Source: an uncultured Oscillospiraceae bacterium
GTDB taxonomy: Bacteria; Bacillota; Clostridia; Oscillospirales; Oscillospiraceae
NCBI GenBank assembly: GCA_964409665.1
Contig: CAYPEE010000001.1
Coordinates: 16,844-60,199 of the forward strand
Length of the DNA: 43,356 bases
Direction: 5' to 3'
Position 1 is the first letter of the stretch. Every line of letters begins with the position of its first letter. Below the pieces are notes generated by a model that ran no database searches, had not been told where the DNA came from, and saw nothing but the letters and a program-made list of their open reading frames with translations. The translations under genes were made by a program, and so were the position numbers. Of this stretch, positions 10,197 to 18,911 are shown piece by piece.

Positions 10197-11081
10197 CTAT
10201 TCCAGATTTTGAATCTGTTCCCGGATCTTCTCGATCTCCGCCTTGATGTCCACCACCGTGCGGGTGATGTCCAGATCGGAGCACTTGGAGCCGATGGTGT
10301 TGGCCTCGCGGTTGAACTCCTGGATCAGGAAGTCCAGCTTGCGGCCCACCGCCCCGCCGCCCGCCAGCAGTTCCCGGAGTTGGGAGATATGGCTGCGGAG
10401 GCGGACCGTCTCCTCGTCCACCGCCACTTTATCGGCAAAGATGGCCGCTTCGGTGAGGATGCGGGCGGGGTCGATCTGCGTACTCTGGAGCACCTCGTTC
10501 ATGCGGGCCTCCAGCCTGGCCCGGTACTCGGACACCGTCTGCGGGGAGCGCTCCTCCACCCTGGCCACCATGGCCTCGATGGTACCGGCCCGGCCCAGGA
10601 TGTCATCCGCCAGCCGGGCGCCCTCCTTTTCCCGCATGGCGTTGAAGTCCGCGATGGCCAGATCCAGCGCGGCCAGCAGCCGCTCCCTCATCCGGTCCGG
10701 GTCCTCCTCCTTCTTCTCCACGGTGAGCACGTCCTGGAAACGGGCCAGGTCGGTGACGGAATACCGGCCGCGCATCATGCCGTCGGTCAACCCGTACAGT
10801 TGCTTCAGCGCGCCGATGTAGCTTCCGGCCAGCGCCTCATTCACGGTGACGGCCAGATCGTCCCCACCGGCGCGGGTGATGGTGACGAACACATCCACCT
10901 TGCCCCGGCTGATCCCCGCCTGGACCCTCGTCTTCATGGCGTCCTCGGCAAAGAGGTAGCTGCGGGGCATCTTGACGGTGCAGTCCAGATAGCGGTTGTT
11001 CACCGAGCGCAACTCCACGGTGACGGTCATATCCTCGTAGGTCCGCTCTCCCCGGCCGTAGCCGGTCATACTTCTAACCAT
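10197..11081 (-). CDS. yicC: YicC/YloC family endoribonuclease
   Basis: SMTGYGR, SVNNRYLD, GRKLDFLIQEFNREANTIGSK, EKIREQIQNLE. Confidence 0.93.
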   Translation of the reverse strand: MVRSMTGYGRGERTYEDMTVTVELRSVNNRYLDCTVKMPRSYLFAEDAMKTRVQAGISRGKVDVFVTITRAGGDDLAVTVNEALAGSYIGALKQLYGLTDGMMRGRYSVTDLARFQDVLTVEKKEEDPDRMRERLLAALDLAIADFNAMREKEGARLADDILGRAGTIEAMVARVEERSPQTVSEYRARLEARMNEVLQSTQIDPARILTEAAIFADKVAVDEETVRLRSHISQLRELLAGGGAVGRKLDFLIQEFNREANTIGSKCSDLDITRTVVDIKAEIEKIREQIQNLE

Positions 11082-11110
11082 TTGGGATCCCTCTCATTCG
11101 TTCCGGCCGC

Positions 11111-11635
11111 TCAGCGGATATGTCTGTCCACCCGCGCGATGTACAGGGCGATCAGCCCGCTGAAACCGAAGTCATAGAGCAAAAAGACGATGTTGCCGAT
11201 CAGATACACGATCCACCAGCCCCGGGACATAAACTCCGGCAGGGAGGACAGAAGGGCGGCCCGCATGACCAGCCACAGCACCGTCAGCGCGGCGTTGAAA
11301 AACGCCAGCTTGACCCCATATTGCAGGATCCTGGGCCACCGGCGGGACTCCACGACGGACTTCACCATGGGGTAAAGCCCGAACAGCACGGCAAACATCA
11401 GGGCGCAGAACTTGTCCGGCGCCAGCAGGAAGGCCAGGATTGACACGGCGGCCCAGCACAGAAACCCGGCCCGCAGGCCGACGGAGATCACCGCCCCCGC
11501 CATGAGGACCCCCGCCGCCGCCACGATGCCGATATTCCCCCTCGGCGCGATGGAGCCCAAATATACCAGCGCCAGGGCCAGGGCCGTCAGGATGGCGGGA
11601 TAGGCCACCCGCGCCGCTGCGCTTTTCCGTCTCAT
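11111..11635 (-). CDS. Multi-pass membrane protein, unknown function
   Basis: Several hydrophobic helices; co-oriented in operon. Confidence 0.7.
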   Translation of the reverse strand: MRRKSAAARVAYPAILTALALALVYLGSIAPRGNIGIVAAAGVLMAGAVISVGLRAGFLCWAAVSILAFLLAPDKFCALMFAVLFGLYPMVKSVVESRRWPRILQYGVKLAFFNAALTVLWLVMRAALLSSLPEFMSRGWWIVYLIGNIVFLLYDFGFSGLIALYIARVDRHIR

Positions 11636-11636
11636 G

Positions 11637-12251
11637 TCAGCACCGGCTGCCGCTGCAGCAGCAGTTCATGCACATCATCGAAGTGCAGCAGTCCATGGCG
11701 TCGCACTGGGCCCCCGACGCGCCGGCGGGCTGATAGGCATAGCCCCCCTGCTGCATCATGGCCAGAGCCTGCCGGAACTCCATGTTGGAGGGCTCCATCT
11801 GTACGGCGATCTGGAAATTCTGCCTGGCCTCGTCCAGCCAGCCCCGGCGGTAGGCGATGCTTCCCATCAGGAAGTACCACTCCCCCGTTTTGGCGCCGGA
11901 ACTCTGGAGGGTCCGCTCCGCGCCGTCCAGGTCGCCGGCGTTGATCTGCTGCCGGGCCTGGGCGTAGGCCGGGTTGGAGGACTGCTGATAGGCGCCCCCG
12001 CCGTATCCTTGTTGCTGATAGGCGGAGCCGCCGTACCCGCCGGAGGAGTACCCGCCGGACCCGCCGCGCCCTTTGGTGATGGCGTCGTAGGCCTCGTTGA
12101 TCTCCTTCATCTTCTCCTCGGCCAGGTCGGCCAGCGGGTTGTTCTGGTAGTTGTCCGGGTGGTATTTCCGGGCCAGTTCCCGGTAGGCCCTTTTGACCTC
12201 CTCGTCGCTGGCGCCCTGGCTCAGGCCAAGCACCTCATAAGGATCGCGCAT
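11637..12251 (-). CDS. DnaJ-domain protein with TPR-like region and Cys-rich tail
   Basis: [10 protein letters not shown]...YHPD J-domain; C-terminus [12 protein letters not shown]. Start reassigned to ATG 12251. Confidence 0.85.
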   Translation of the reverse strand: MRDPYEVLGLSQGASDEEVKRAYRELARKYHPDNYQNNPLADLAEEKMKEINEAYDAITKGRGGSGGYSSGGYGGSAYQQQGYGGGAYQQSSNPAYAQARQQINAGDLDGAERTLQSSGAKTGEWYFLMGSIAYRRGWLDEARQNFQIAVQMEPSNMEFRQALAMMQQGGYAYQPAGASGAQCDAMDCCTSMMCMNCCCSGSRC

Positions 12252-13125
12252 GGGGGCTCCTCCTTGTCTTTTTCGTCTGTAATTCCTTCCACCGGCCCTC
12301 CAGCACGGCCTTTTCCACCGTGGGCAGACCCAGATAAACCACATTTTCCACGATGGGCGCCCACTCTCCCAGCGCCATCAGGTTGGCCGCCGAGGCCGCC
12401 AGCCGGGCGGAGTGGGCGACGGTAGTCTCGAAGTAGTCCCGCTCCTCCTTCGCCCTGCCGCCGAAACGGGCGTCCAGAGGATTGTAGCGGCCCTGTCTGA
12501 CGTCGTTCTCCAAATCGTCCCAGGCGTCCACCAGATAGATCCACCGGCCCAGGTGATAGAGCAGCCGCTCCATGGGCCGCCGGTTGGGGTGGTCCTCAGG
12601 GAGGCTGTCCGCCGCGGCGGACAGAAGGGAGGCGAACACGTCGGCCACCCGGTCCAATTCCGGCGAGCGGGCCCGCTCCAGAGCGCTCAGGCGCTCCAGC
12701 CCCTCCCGGACTCTTTGATCGAACCGGGGACGGGCGGAGGCCGCCTTACGGTAGGCCCTTCGGAACACCATGAGCAGGAACCGGGCGGGCAGGCCGGTGA
12801 AAAAGCCGTGATCCGCCACGTCGTCGCGCAGCTTATGCCAGGTGAGGATCATACTCTCGTCGGCGGCCAGATCCAGGGCCTCCCCCCTCAGGCAGAGGCG
12901 GGGTTCGCGGAGGGGGTGGGCGGGGCACCGGCGGCACTCCGGCTTGCACGGCTCACCGGCCGTTAGGAGAATGGCGAGAAAAGTGAAGTCATACTGCAAA
13001 GTGAACCGGGCCCAGAAACCGCAGCGCCGCCCCAGAGCATGGCACAGACCGCAGTAGGCGGACTGATAGGTCTCCCGCTCCTCCCCGCTCAGCCGATCCA
13101 GGACGGGGCGCACATAGCCGAACAT
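12235..13125 (-). CDS. DUF5685-like conserved protein
   Basis: MFGYVRP...YCGLCHALG...YDFTFL...[16 protein letters not shown]; usual partner of the J-domain gene in Clostridia. Confidence 0.75.
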   Translation of the reverse strand: MFGYVRPVLDRLSGEERETYQSAYCGLCHALGRRCGFWARFTLQYDFTFLAILLTAGEPCKPECRRCPAHPLREPRLCLRGEALDLAADESMILTWHKLRDDVADHGFFTGLPARFLLMVFRRAYRKAASARPRFDQRVREGLERLSALERARSPELDRVADVFASLLSAAADSLPEDHPNRRPMERLLYHLGRWIYLVDAWDDLENDVRQGRYNPLDARFGGRAKEERDYFETTVAHSARLAASAANLMALGEWAPIVENVVYLGLPTVEKAVLEGRWKELQTKKTRRSPHARSL

Positions 13126-14417
13126 CAGGGCGCTTCGGGGATGGACCTGACGCCCTGCGTCAGATTGATGGCGATGCGGTAGTCCCCGCTGAGCACCCCC
13201 ACCTCGGCGGCGGAGGGCGCGCTGTCCAGATAGACCCGCACGGTGGCGGAATACCCGCCCGCCGCGGGAGTCACGTTCTGCAGGTCGGCCACCGCCCGCA
13301 GGCTGTCCTCGGTGAGCGCGTCCAGCGCTCCGGGCTCGCCCCGGACGGTGACGGAGAGCACCTGGGTGATGACCTCCGCCGTCCAGCCCTCGGGGACGTT
13401 GATGCAGCGGATGTTGCGGACCGAGAAAGTCCGCTCCTCCAGCCGCTTGTGGAAGCGGACCGTAACCTCCACCTCCTCCACGCCGGTGAGGTTGGTCAGT
13501 TCATCGGCCAGGGGCACCGGGAAGGTCAGTTTCTCCCCGTCGCTGACGGCGGCCAGATCAATGGTGCCGAGATTGATGGCCCCCGCCGCTTTGATGGCCT
13601 CCACCGCCTCGGTAGCGCCCGCCACATTGATGCTCTTCACGGACAGACTGGCGGCGGCCTCATCGGCCCCCACGCCGCCGCCGTCCGCGAGGGTCACGGT
13701 CAGCGGGATCTCGGCGGTGGCCTGGATGGGAAAGCGGACAGACACCGTCTGCACATCGCAGGTCACATCCAAATCCAGTTCGTTGCCGGAGCGATCCTCC
13801 AGCCGGAAGGGACATTCCCTGTCCACCGTCTCCGTGAGGCCCTCGTCGTCGATGGTGACCACCGCGCGGGCCACCTGGTTCACGTCCTCCAGGCGGCCGC
13901 TGACCACCACGACCTCGGGGGCAAAATCGAAGTCCTGATTGTCCCCCGCCAGATAGCCCTCGGCGGCGCTGCCGGTAAACTCGCCCTCGATGGGGATCTC
14001 CTGGCTGCTGAACCGGGCCACCTCCACGCCGTTGATCACGTTTCCGTTGACCCCGCTGACGACGGAGAACTGGTTCGGGGACACGCCGGAGGGCGGCGTC
14101 ACGGTGTAACTCACCGAATAACTCCCCTCCTCGTAGAGGCCGGACACGTTGGCGGTCACCTGGACCGTCTGGTTGGTCAGGGACGCCAGCACCGTATTGG
14201 TGGCCTGCACCGTCACGTTGGCGTAGTAAGGTCCGCCCACCAGCATCAGGCCCCGCTCCGCCAGGATCTCCTCCCCGGTAAAGGTGACGGGGATCCGCGA
14301 GATGGTCTGGGAATGCGCGGCCTCGTCGTTGACGGTCACATAGAGCCACAGGCCGACGGCGATGAGAATGGACAGGACAATGTAGAGAAAGCGGCTGTCA
14401 AGAATCTTCTTTCCCAT
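13125..14417 (-). CDS. cdaR: CdaR/YbbR-like diadenylate cyclase regulator
   Basis: N-terminal TM (SILIAVGLWLYV), beta-rich YbbR-like repeats; downstream of cdaA. Confidence 0.82.
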   Translation of the reverse strand: MGKKILDSRFLYIVLSILIAVGLWLYVTVNDEAAHSQTISRIPVTFTGEEILAERGLMLVGGPYYANVTVQATNTVLASLTNQTVQVTANVSGLYEEGSYSVSYTVTPPSGVSPNQFSVVSGVNGNVINGVEVARFSSQEIPIEGEFTGSAAEGYLAGDNQDFDFAPEVVVVSGRLEDVNQVARAVVTIDDEGLTETVDRECPFRLEDRSGNELDLDVTCDVQTVSVRFPIQATAEIPLTVTLADGGGVGADEAAASLSVKSINVAGATEAVEAIKAAGAINLGTIDLAAVSDGEKLTFPVPLADELTNLTGVEEVEVTVRFHKRLEERTFSVRNIRCINVPEGWTAEVITQVLSVTVRGEPGALDALTEDSLRAVADLQNVTPAAGGYSATVRVYLDSAPSAAEVGVLSGDYRIAINLTQGVRSIPEAP

Positions 14418-15291
14418 GATCACCGTCTCCCTTGAACCCCTTCAGCACACTGGTAAGTTTGGCGGCGGAATTGGCCAGTTTGCCGCCCTCCTCCTCCGCC
14501 GGCAACAGTTCGGTCCGAAGGATCTCCTCCAGCTCGATACGGTCCAGATCCCGCCGCAGCGTTCCGTTGATCGCCACCGAGACGGAGCCCGTCTCCTCGG
14601 ACACCACGGCCACGACGGCGTCGGAGTTCTCGCTGGCGCCGATGGCGGCCCGGTGGCGCATCCCCAAACTGTGATCCAGATTCACGTTTCCCGACAGGGG
14701 GAGCATACAGCCCGCCCCCACGATCCGCCCCGCCCGGACGATGACCGCCCCGTCGTGCAGTGGGGCCTTATTCCAGAACAGGTTTTTCAGCAGCTGGGCG
14801 GATACCGCCGCGTCCAGCTGGGTGCCGGTCTTGAGCACATCGTCCAGAATGGTCTTGCGCTCGAACACCATCAGGGCGCCCACCTTGTCGGCGGACATAT
14901 CGGCGTAGGCCGACGCCGTCTCGATGATGGCGTTTTCCAAGTCGTTTCCCGCGCTCTCCGATACGAACAGTTCCTTGATACGGCCGCTGCCCACCCGCTC
15001 CAGGAACCGGCGCAGTTCCGGCTGAAACAGGATGATCAGGGCGATGAGGCCCAATTCCACCGTGCGGTTGAGCACATAGCTCACCACCCGCAGCCGCAGC
15101 AGGTTGGCCACCAGCATAGCCGCGATGATGATCACCACCGCCCGGACCACCTGGCCGGAGCGGCTCTTTCGGGCAAAGCGGAACAGATGATAGACGCCGA
15201 AGGCGATGAGCGCCATATCCAGCACGTCAAAGGGGCCGATGAGCCTGAGATATTCCGGGATCTGCCGCAGGAATTGCAGGATGGCGTCCAT
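14398..15291 (-). CDS. cdaA: Diadenylate cyclase CdaA/DacA
   Basis: 3 TM helices, FQPELRRFLE, PLHDGAV, GMRHRAA. Start reassigned to ATG 15291 after RBS GGAAAGGGG. Confidence 0.93.
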   Translation of the reverse strand: MDAILQFLRQIPEYLRLIGPFDVLDMALIAFGVYHLFRFARKSRSGQVVRAVVIIIAAMLVANLLRLRVVSYVLNRTVELGLIALIILFQPELRRFLERVGSGRIKELFVSESAGNDLENAIIETASAYADMSADKVGALMVFERKTILDDVLKTGTQLDAAVSAQLLKNLFWNKAPLHDGAVIVRAGRIVGAGCMLPLSGNVNLDHSLGMRHRAAIGASENSDAVVAVVSEETGSVSVAINGTLRRDLDRIELEEILRTELLPAEEEGGKLANSAAKLTSVLKGFKGDGDHGKEDS

Positions 15292-15366
15292 GGGTCTACC
15301 CCCTTTCCCCGGAAAACCGACTTGATGCCGCCTGTCCGCGGACAGGTTCGCAAAATCATTCAGGGC

Positions 15367-15396
15367 ATTATACCACATTCACACCGGGAATGGCAA
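15367..15396 (-). promoter_or_regulatory. sigma-A promoter of the cdaA operon
   Basis: Minus strand TTGCCA-N18-TATAAT with TG extended -10. Confidence 0.7.
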
Positions 15397-15404
15397 GTAA
15401 AACC

Positions 15405-15422
15405 GCGAAATTTTAAGGCTGA
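15405..15422 (+). repeat. Left 18-bp direct repeat (attL core or long target-site duplication)
   Basis: GCGAAATTTTAAGGCTGA, identical to 37560-37577. Confidence 0.9.
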
Positions 15423-15511
15423 GGCGAGGTTTAATATTAGCTTGTGCAAAGGTCGACGACCTTCGCGCAAGCTGATTTTTTTATATCTGGACGCGGAAAG
15501 AAGGTGAAAAT

Positions 15512-15775
15512 GTGCGAAAACAGGTCAAAAGGCTGGACTTCAGTGACAGAAAGACGGTCGCCGCCTTGTACGAAGGCGGAGCGGGGGCCGCCGAAATTGC
15601 CGAGAAGGTCGGCGTGTCCCGCGCGGCTGTCTATACCGAACTGAAGCGCGGCCAGGACGGCGTCACCCTGGACAAGAACCTTCGGTTCGCCTATGACCCC
15701 GCCCTGGCCCAGAAGCGGGTCCAGGAAGGGCTTCGGAAATGCGGAAAAAGGAAAGGAGTGGATCAGAATGTCTAA
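15512..15775 (+). CDS. HTH protein paralogous to the IS30 transposase N-terminal DNA-binding domain
   Basis: EIAEKVGVSRAAVYTELKRG...YDPALAQ vs transposase EIADEIGVHRNTIYNELKRG...YSPDIAQ. Confidence 0.78.
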   Translation: MRKQVKRLDFSDRKTVAALYEGGAGAAEIAEKVGVSRAAVYTELKRGQDGVTLDKNLRFAYDPALAQKRVQEGLRKCGKRKGVDQNV

Positions 15776-16241
15776 ACCCCTGAAGTTCAGAAATCAGGGC
15801 TACGGGGCCGCGAAGATCGCGCGCCGGAACAACGTCGAATATACCGTTCACTATGACTACTGGAAGGACGGGAAGAAGGCCGACGCCCCCTACTATGTCG
15901 GAATCTGGGACCTGAAGAACCATGACAACGTCGACACCGGCCGGTCCCGGCGGTTCGCTTCCGAACAGGAAGCCTTCGACTTCTGTCAGGACGTATGTGA
16001 CGGCCGCGTCCGGCTGTCCGACCTGAAGAAGGAAGCCCAGGCGATCGCCGACGCCGAAGAAGCCGCGTACAGGAAGCAGATCGACGACCAGGTCGCCGCC
16101 TTCCGGGACGTCCTGGCGGACCAGGGGGTCAGCCTGAAGGGCTTCCTGGTGTGTCTGAAGTCCTGGGACGACCTTCGGAGCGACGCACACGTCGCCCTGT
16201 GTCGGTCCCTGGCCGACGACGGGAAGGAGGGCGCCGAATGA
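15768..16241 (+). CDS. Phage hypothetical protein
   Basis: ATG 15768 after AAGGAG; phage-type codon usage; overlaps neighbours. Confidence 0.7.
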   Translation: MSKPLKFRNQGYGAAKIARRNNVEYTVHYDYWKDGKKADAPYYVGIWDLKNHDNVDTGRSRRFASEQEAFDFCQDVCDGRVRLSDLKKEAQAIADAEEAAYRKQIDDQVAAFRDVLADQGVSLKGFLVCLKSWDDLRSDAHVALCRSLADDGKEGAE

Positions 16242-16426
16242 CCGCGAACACGCGCGACGGCGCGCCCGTCGTCAGGTGTGGCCGCTGTGGCCGGCGCCTG
16301 AAGAATCCCGTCTACATCGAAGCCGGCTTCGGCCGGACGTGCGCCGCGAAGCTGGGGATCGTCATTCCCCAGAAGCGGAAGACCGCGCCGGCGGACCCCG
16401 CCGCGCCGGACGGCGAAGGACGGTGA
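16238..16426 (+). CDS. DUF6011-like small zinc-binding protein
   Basis: CGRCGRRLKNP...GFGRTCA; RBS AAGGAGG; ATGA overlap. Confidence 0.65.
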   Translation: MTANTRDGAPVVRCGRCGRRLKNPVYIEAGFGRTCAAKLGIVIPQKRKTAPADPAAPDGEGR

Positions 16427-16431
16427 CACCC

Positions 16432-16797
16432 ATGAAGTGGTCGATCACCACCCAGGATCGAAACGCCCTGGTCGAATCACATCTGGGGTGTATCTGGTGG
16501 ACTATCAACAAAAACCGCAGCCTGATTGCCGCCGCTGACCTGGACGACGACGACGTCTTCCAACAGTTAGCGGTCCGCATGATCCGCGCGATCCAGAACT
16601 ACGACCCCGACAAGGGGAAGGACCTGGAACAGCACATCTTCGCCCAGCTTCAGTATGAAATCCTGAACTGTAAGGACGCCGCGAAGCGTTACGGCCTGAA
16701 GGGCGCCCCCTATGGAGCGCGGGACCTGGTCGTGTCCCTGGAAGCCCTGGCGGACGCCGGGGTCCAGTTTGCGGGGGGGGGGTACTTAAATGCTTAG
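16432..16797 (+). CDS. Sigma-70 region-2-like phage protein
   Basis: RNALVESHL...DDDDVFQ...IRAIQNYDPDKG resembles sigma region 2; no region 4 visible. Confidence 0.6.
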   Translation: MKWSITTQDRNALVESHLGCIWWTINKNRSLIAAADLDDDDVFQQLAVRMIRAIQNYDPDKGKDLEQHIFAQLQYEILNCKDAAKRYGLKGAPYGARDLVVSLEALADAGVQFAGGGYLNA

Positions 16798-16975
16798 AAA
16801 TAAGACAGCGCGGACCGTGTGCGGCGTGATCGCCTTCGTCATGTTCTTCCTGGCCCTGGGGACCGTCGGAAGCATGGAACAAGACCTGATCCCCTTGGGG
16901 GCCGGCTTCGTCCGAACCCTGGTCTTCGAAGCCCTGTTCGCCCTGTTCGCGAAGCTGGCCGGCGCTATGAACTGA
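16790..16975 (+). CDS. Small two-TM phage membrane protein
   Basis: Two hydrophobic stretches in 61 aa. Confidence 0.6.
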   Translation: MLRNKTARTVCGVIAFVMFFLALGTVGSMEQDLIPLGAGFVRTLVFEALFALFAKLAGAMN

Positions 16976-16989
16976 AAGGAGGGAACCGC

Positions 16990-17151
16990 GTGAAATATCC
17001 GTCGAAGACGCTGACCCCGGTCCAGGTCGGACAGGTCGTGAAGGCCCTGGTCCTTCTGGGCGCCCGGAAGATCACCGTCGAAGAAATAGAGAAGGACCGC
17101 TTCGTCGTCACCACAACAACCGAAGCGGCCCAGTCCAAAAAATCGAACTGA
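16990..17151 (+). CDS. Phage hypothetical protein (53 aa)
   Basis: GTG 16990 after AAGGAGG. Confidence 0.55.
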   Translation: MKYPSKTLTPVQVGQVVKALVLLGARKITVEEIEKDRFVVTTTTEAAQSKKSN

Positions 17152-17183
17152 CTGCATTATAGCAGAGAATGGAAAGGTTTTCA

Positions 17184-17492
17184 ATGTCTAATCTGAAAAA
17201 CTTCAATTTTTACGACACGGACGCCGTGAAGGGCCTGGTCCTGGACGTCCTGGTCGAGAATCACCAACTTCGCGAAGCCCTGGACAGGGCCGAAAAGGGG
17301 TCGACCGACTGGTGGGAGCGGTTCAAGACGGAGCGGGACCGCGCTGACGCCGCCGAAGCGAAGGCGTCCGCCGCGAAGTCCGTCCTGGAACACTTCAAGG
17401 ACACCCGCCGGATCGTCCCGACCGACGACGACACCACCGGCCGGATCGTGGACGACGCGATCGCCCTTCTGACTGGGGGTGAAGCGAAATGA
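17184..17492 (+). CDS. Phage coiled-coil hypothetical protein
   Basis: RBS AAAGG; heptad-like sequence; ATGA overlap with next gene. Confidence 0.6.
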   Translation: MSNLKNFNFYDTDAVKGLVLDVLVENHQLREALDRAEKGSTDWWERFKTERDRADAAEAKASAAKSVLEHFKDTRRIVPTDDDTTGRIVDDAIALLTGGEAK

Positions 17493-17983
17493 CCGCCAGC
17501 CTGTACGAAATCAGCGCCGACTTCCTGAAGGCCCTGGACAGCCTGGAAGTCGACGAAGACACCGGGGAGATCATCAACTTCGACGCCGTGGAAGCCCTGG
17601 GCGCGAAGTTCGACGACAAGGCCGAAAGCGTGGCCTGTTACATAAAGAACTGGGCCGCCTTCGCCGGGAACCTGAAGGCGGAGGAAGAAACCCTGGCGGC
17701 CCGTCGGAAGGCCGCCGAACGCCGGGTCGACAGCATGAAGAAATACCTGTCTTCGTGCATGGAAGCCGTCGGCCGGGACAAGGTCGAAACCGCGAAGGCG
17801 CGGATCAGCTTCAGGAAGTCCGTCCAGGTCCAGATCGTCGACGAAGCCGCCCTTCCGGCGGACTACGTCACGACCACCGTGACCACGAAGCCGGACAAGA
17901 CCGCAATCAAGAAGGCGATCCAGGGCGGCCAGACCGTGGCCGGCGCTTCCCTGGTGGAAAACCGGAACCTTCAGATCAAGTAA
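17489..17983 (+). CDS. Siphovirus Gp157 family protein
   Basis: SLYEI...KAESVACYIKN...ISFRKS...KPDKTAIKKAI...GASLVENRNLQIK. Confidence 0.85.
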   Translation: MTASLYEISADFLKALDSLEVDEDTGEIINFDAVEALGAKFDDKAESVACYIKNWAAFAGNLKAEEETLAARRKAAERRVDSMKKYLSSCMEAVGRDKVETAKARISFRKSVQVQIVDEAALPADYVTTTVTTKPDKTAIKKAIQGGQTVAGASLVENRNLQIK

Positions 17984-17996
17984 AGGGGGCGCGAAC

Positions 17997-18896
17997 ATGG
18001 AAGACAAGAGAATCGACCAGGGGGCGGGACCGTCCGCCCCCGTTGAGCCTATCAGGGGCGCCGAAGGCGTCCCCCAGAAGCCCCAGGACGTCCCCCAGGC
18101 GGCCCCGGTCACGATCCCCCTGTTGACGGCCCAGGACATCGAATGTCGGGTCCAGAGCGTCAGCCGGTCGAAAGGGTCCGGCCGCGTCGGCGCCGTCCTT
18201 CTGTTATACAAGGACGCGCGGGTCGATATGCGAATCCTGGATCAGGTCTTCGGCCCGAACAACTGGCGCCGGACCCATGAAGTGATCAACGGGAATCTGT
18301 TCTGTAATATCGACATATGGGACGCCCAGAAACACGACTGGGTCAGGAAACAGGACGTCGGCGTCGAAAGCAACACCGAAAAGGAAAAGGGTCAGGCGTC
18401 CGACGCCTTCAAACGCGCCGGCTTCAACGTCGGGATCGGCCGGGAACTTTACACGGCCCCCTTCATCTATGTCGAACTGGCCGAAAATGAGTTCTATTCA
18501 GAAGGCCAGCAGAACGGCCGGAAGGAAGTCCTTCGGTGTTACCCGTCCACCCGGTTCACCGTGGCCCAGGTCGAATATAACGACCGGCGGGAAGTGTGCG
18601 ACCTGGTGATCGTCGACCGGACCGGGGCGGTTCGGTTCGACATGAAACGGAAAGTCGAGGGACCGCCCAGGGCGCCCCAGAACGCGGCCCAGGGCGGCGG
18701 AAGGTCCCAGGCCCAGGGAAGGCCCCCGGCGGCCCCCAGGGGCCAGCAGAGCGGCCAGGGAAGGCCGTCTGGCGCGCCCCAGGACAGCGGGGCGAAGTGT
18801 CCGATCTGTGGCGGATCGATCACGAAGGCCGAACAGGACTATTCCCTTCGCCGCTATGGCCGGGAAGCCTGTCGGAACTGTCAAAGGACTTTGTAA
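17997..18896 (+). CDS. Rad52/Rad22-like single-strand annealing protein (Sak) with C-terminal zinc finger
   Basis: YKDARVDMRILD...KQDVGVESNTEKEKGQASDAFKRA...GIGRELY; CPIC...CRNC. Confidence 0.8.
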   Translation: MEDKRIDQGAGPSAPVEPIRGAEGVPQKPQDVPQAAPVTIPLLTAQDIECRVQSVSRSKGSGRVGAVLLLYKDARVDMRILDQVFGPNNWRRTHEVINGNLFCNIDIWDAQKHDWVRKQDVGVESNTEKEKGQASDAFKRAGFNVGIGRELYTAPFIYVELAENEFYSEGQQNGRKEVLRCYPSTRFTVAQVEYNDRREVCDLVIVDRTGAVRFDMKRKVEGPPRAPQNAAQGGGRSQAQGRPPAAPRGQQSGQGRPSGAPQDSGAKCPICGGSITKAEQDYSLRRYGREACRNCQRTL

Positions 18897-18911
18897 AAGG
18901 AGGGGGTCGAA

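Noticed and set aside
11960-12070. Gly/Tyr/Gln repeats (GGSAYQQ, GGGAYQQ) in the J-domain gene
   Set aside because: Typical low-complexity linker after a J-domain.
15423-15445. Terminal inverted repeat with 37538-37559 and an IS30-style junction promoter (TTGACT at right end, TAATAT at left end)
   Set aside because: Only about 10/16 matches, offset relative to the direct repeats; promoter spacing depends on an unknown junction. Not supportable without the circle sequence.
269-15507. Long plus-strand ORFs over the host block (e.g. 269-1759, 7137-9029, 14416-15507)
   Set aside because: Antisense shadows of well-recognised minus-strand genes in high-GC DNA; no motifs.
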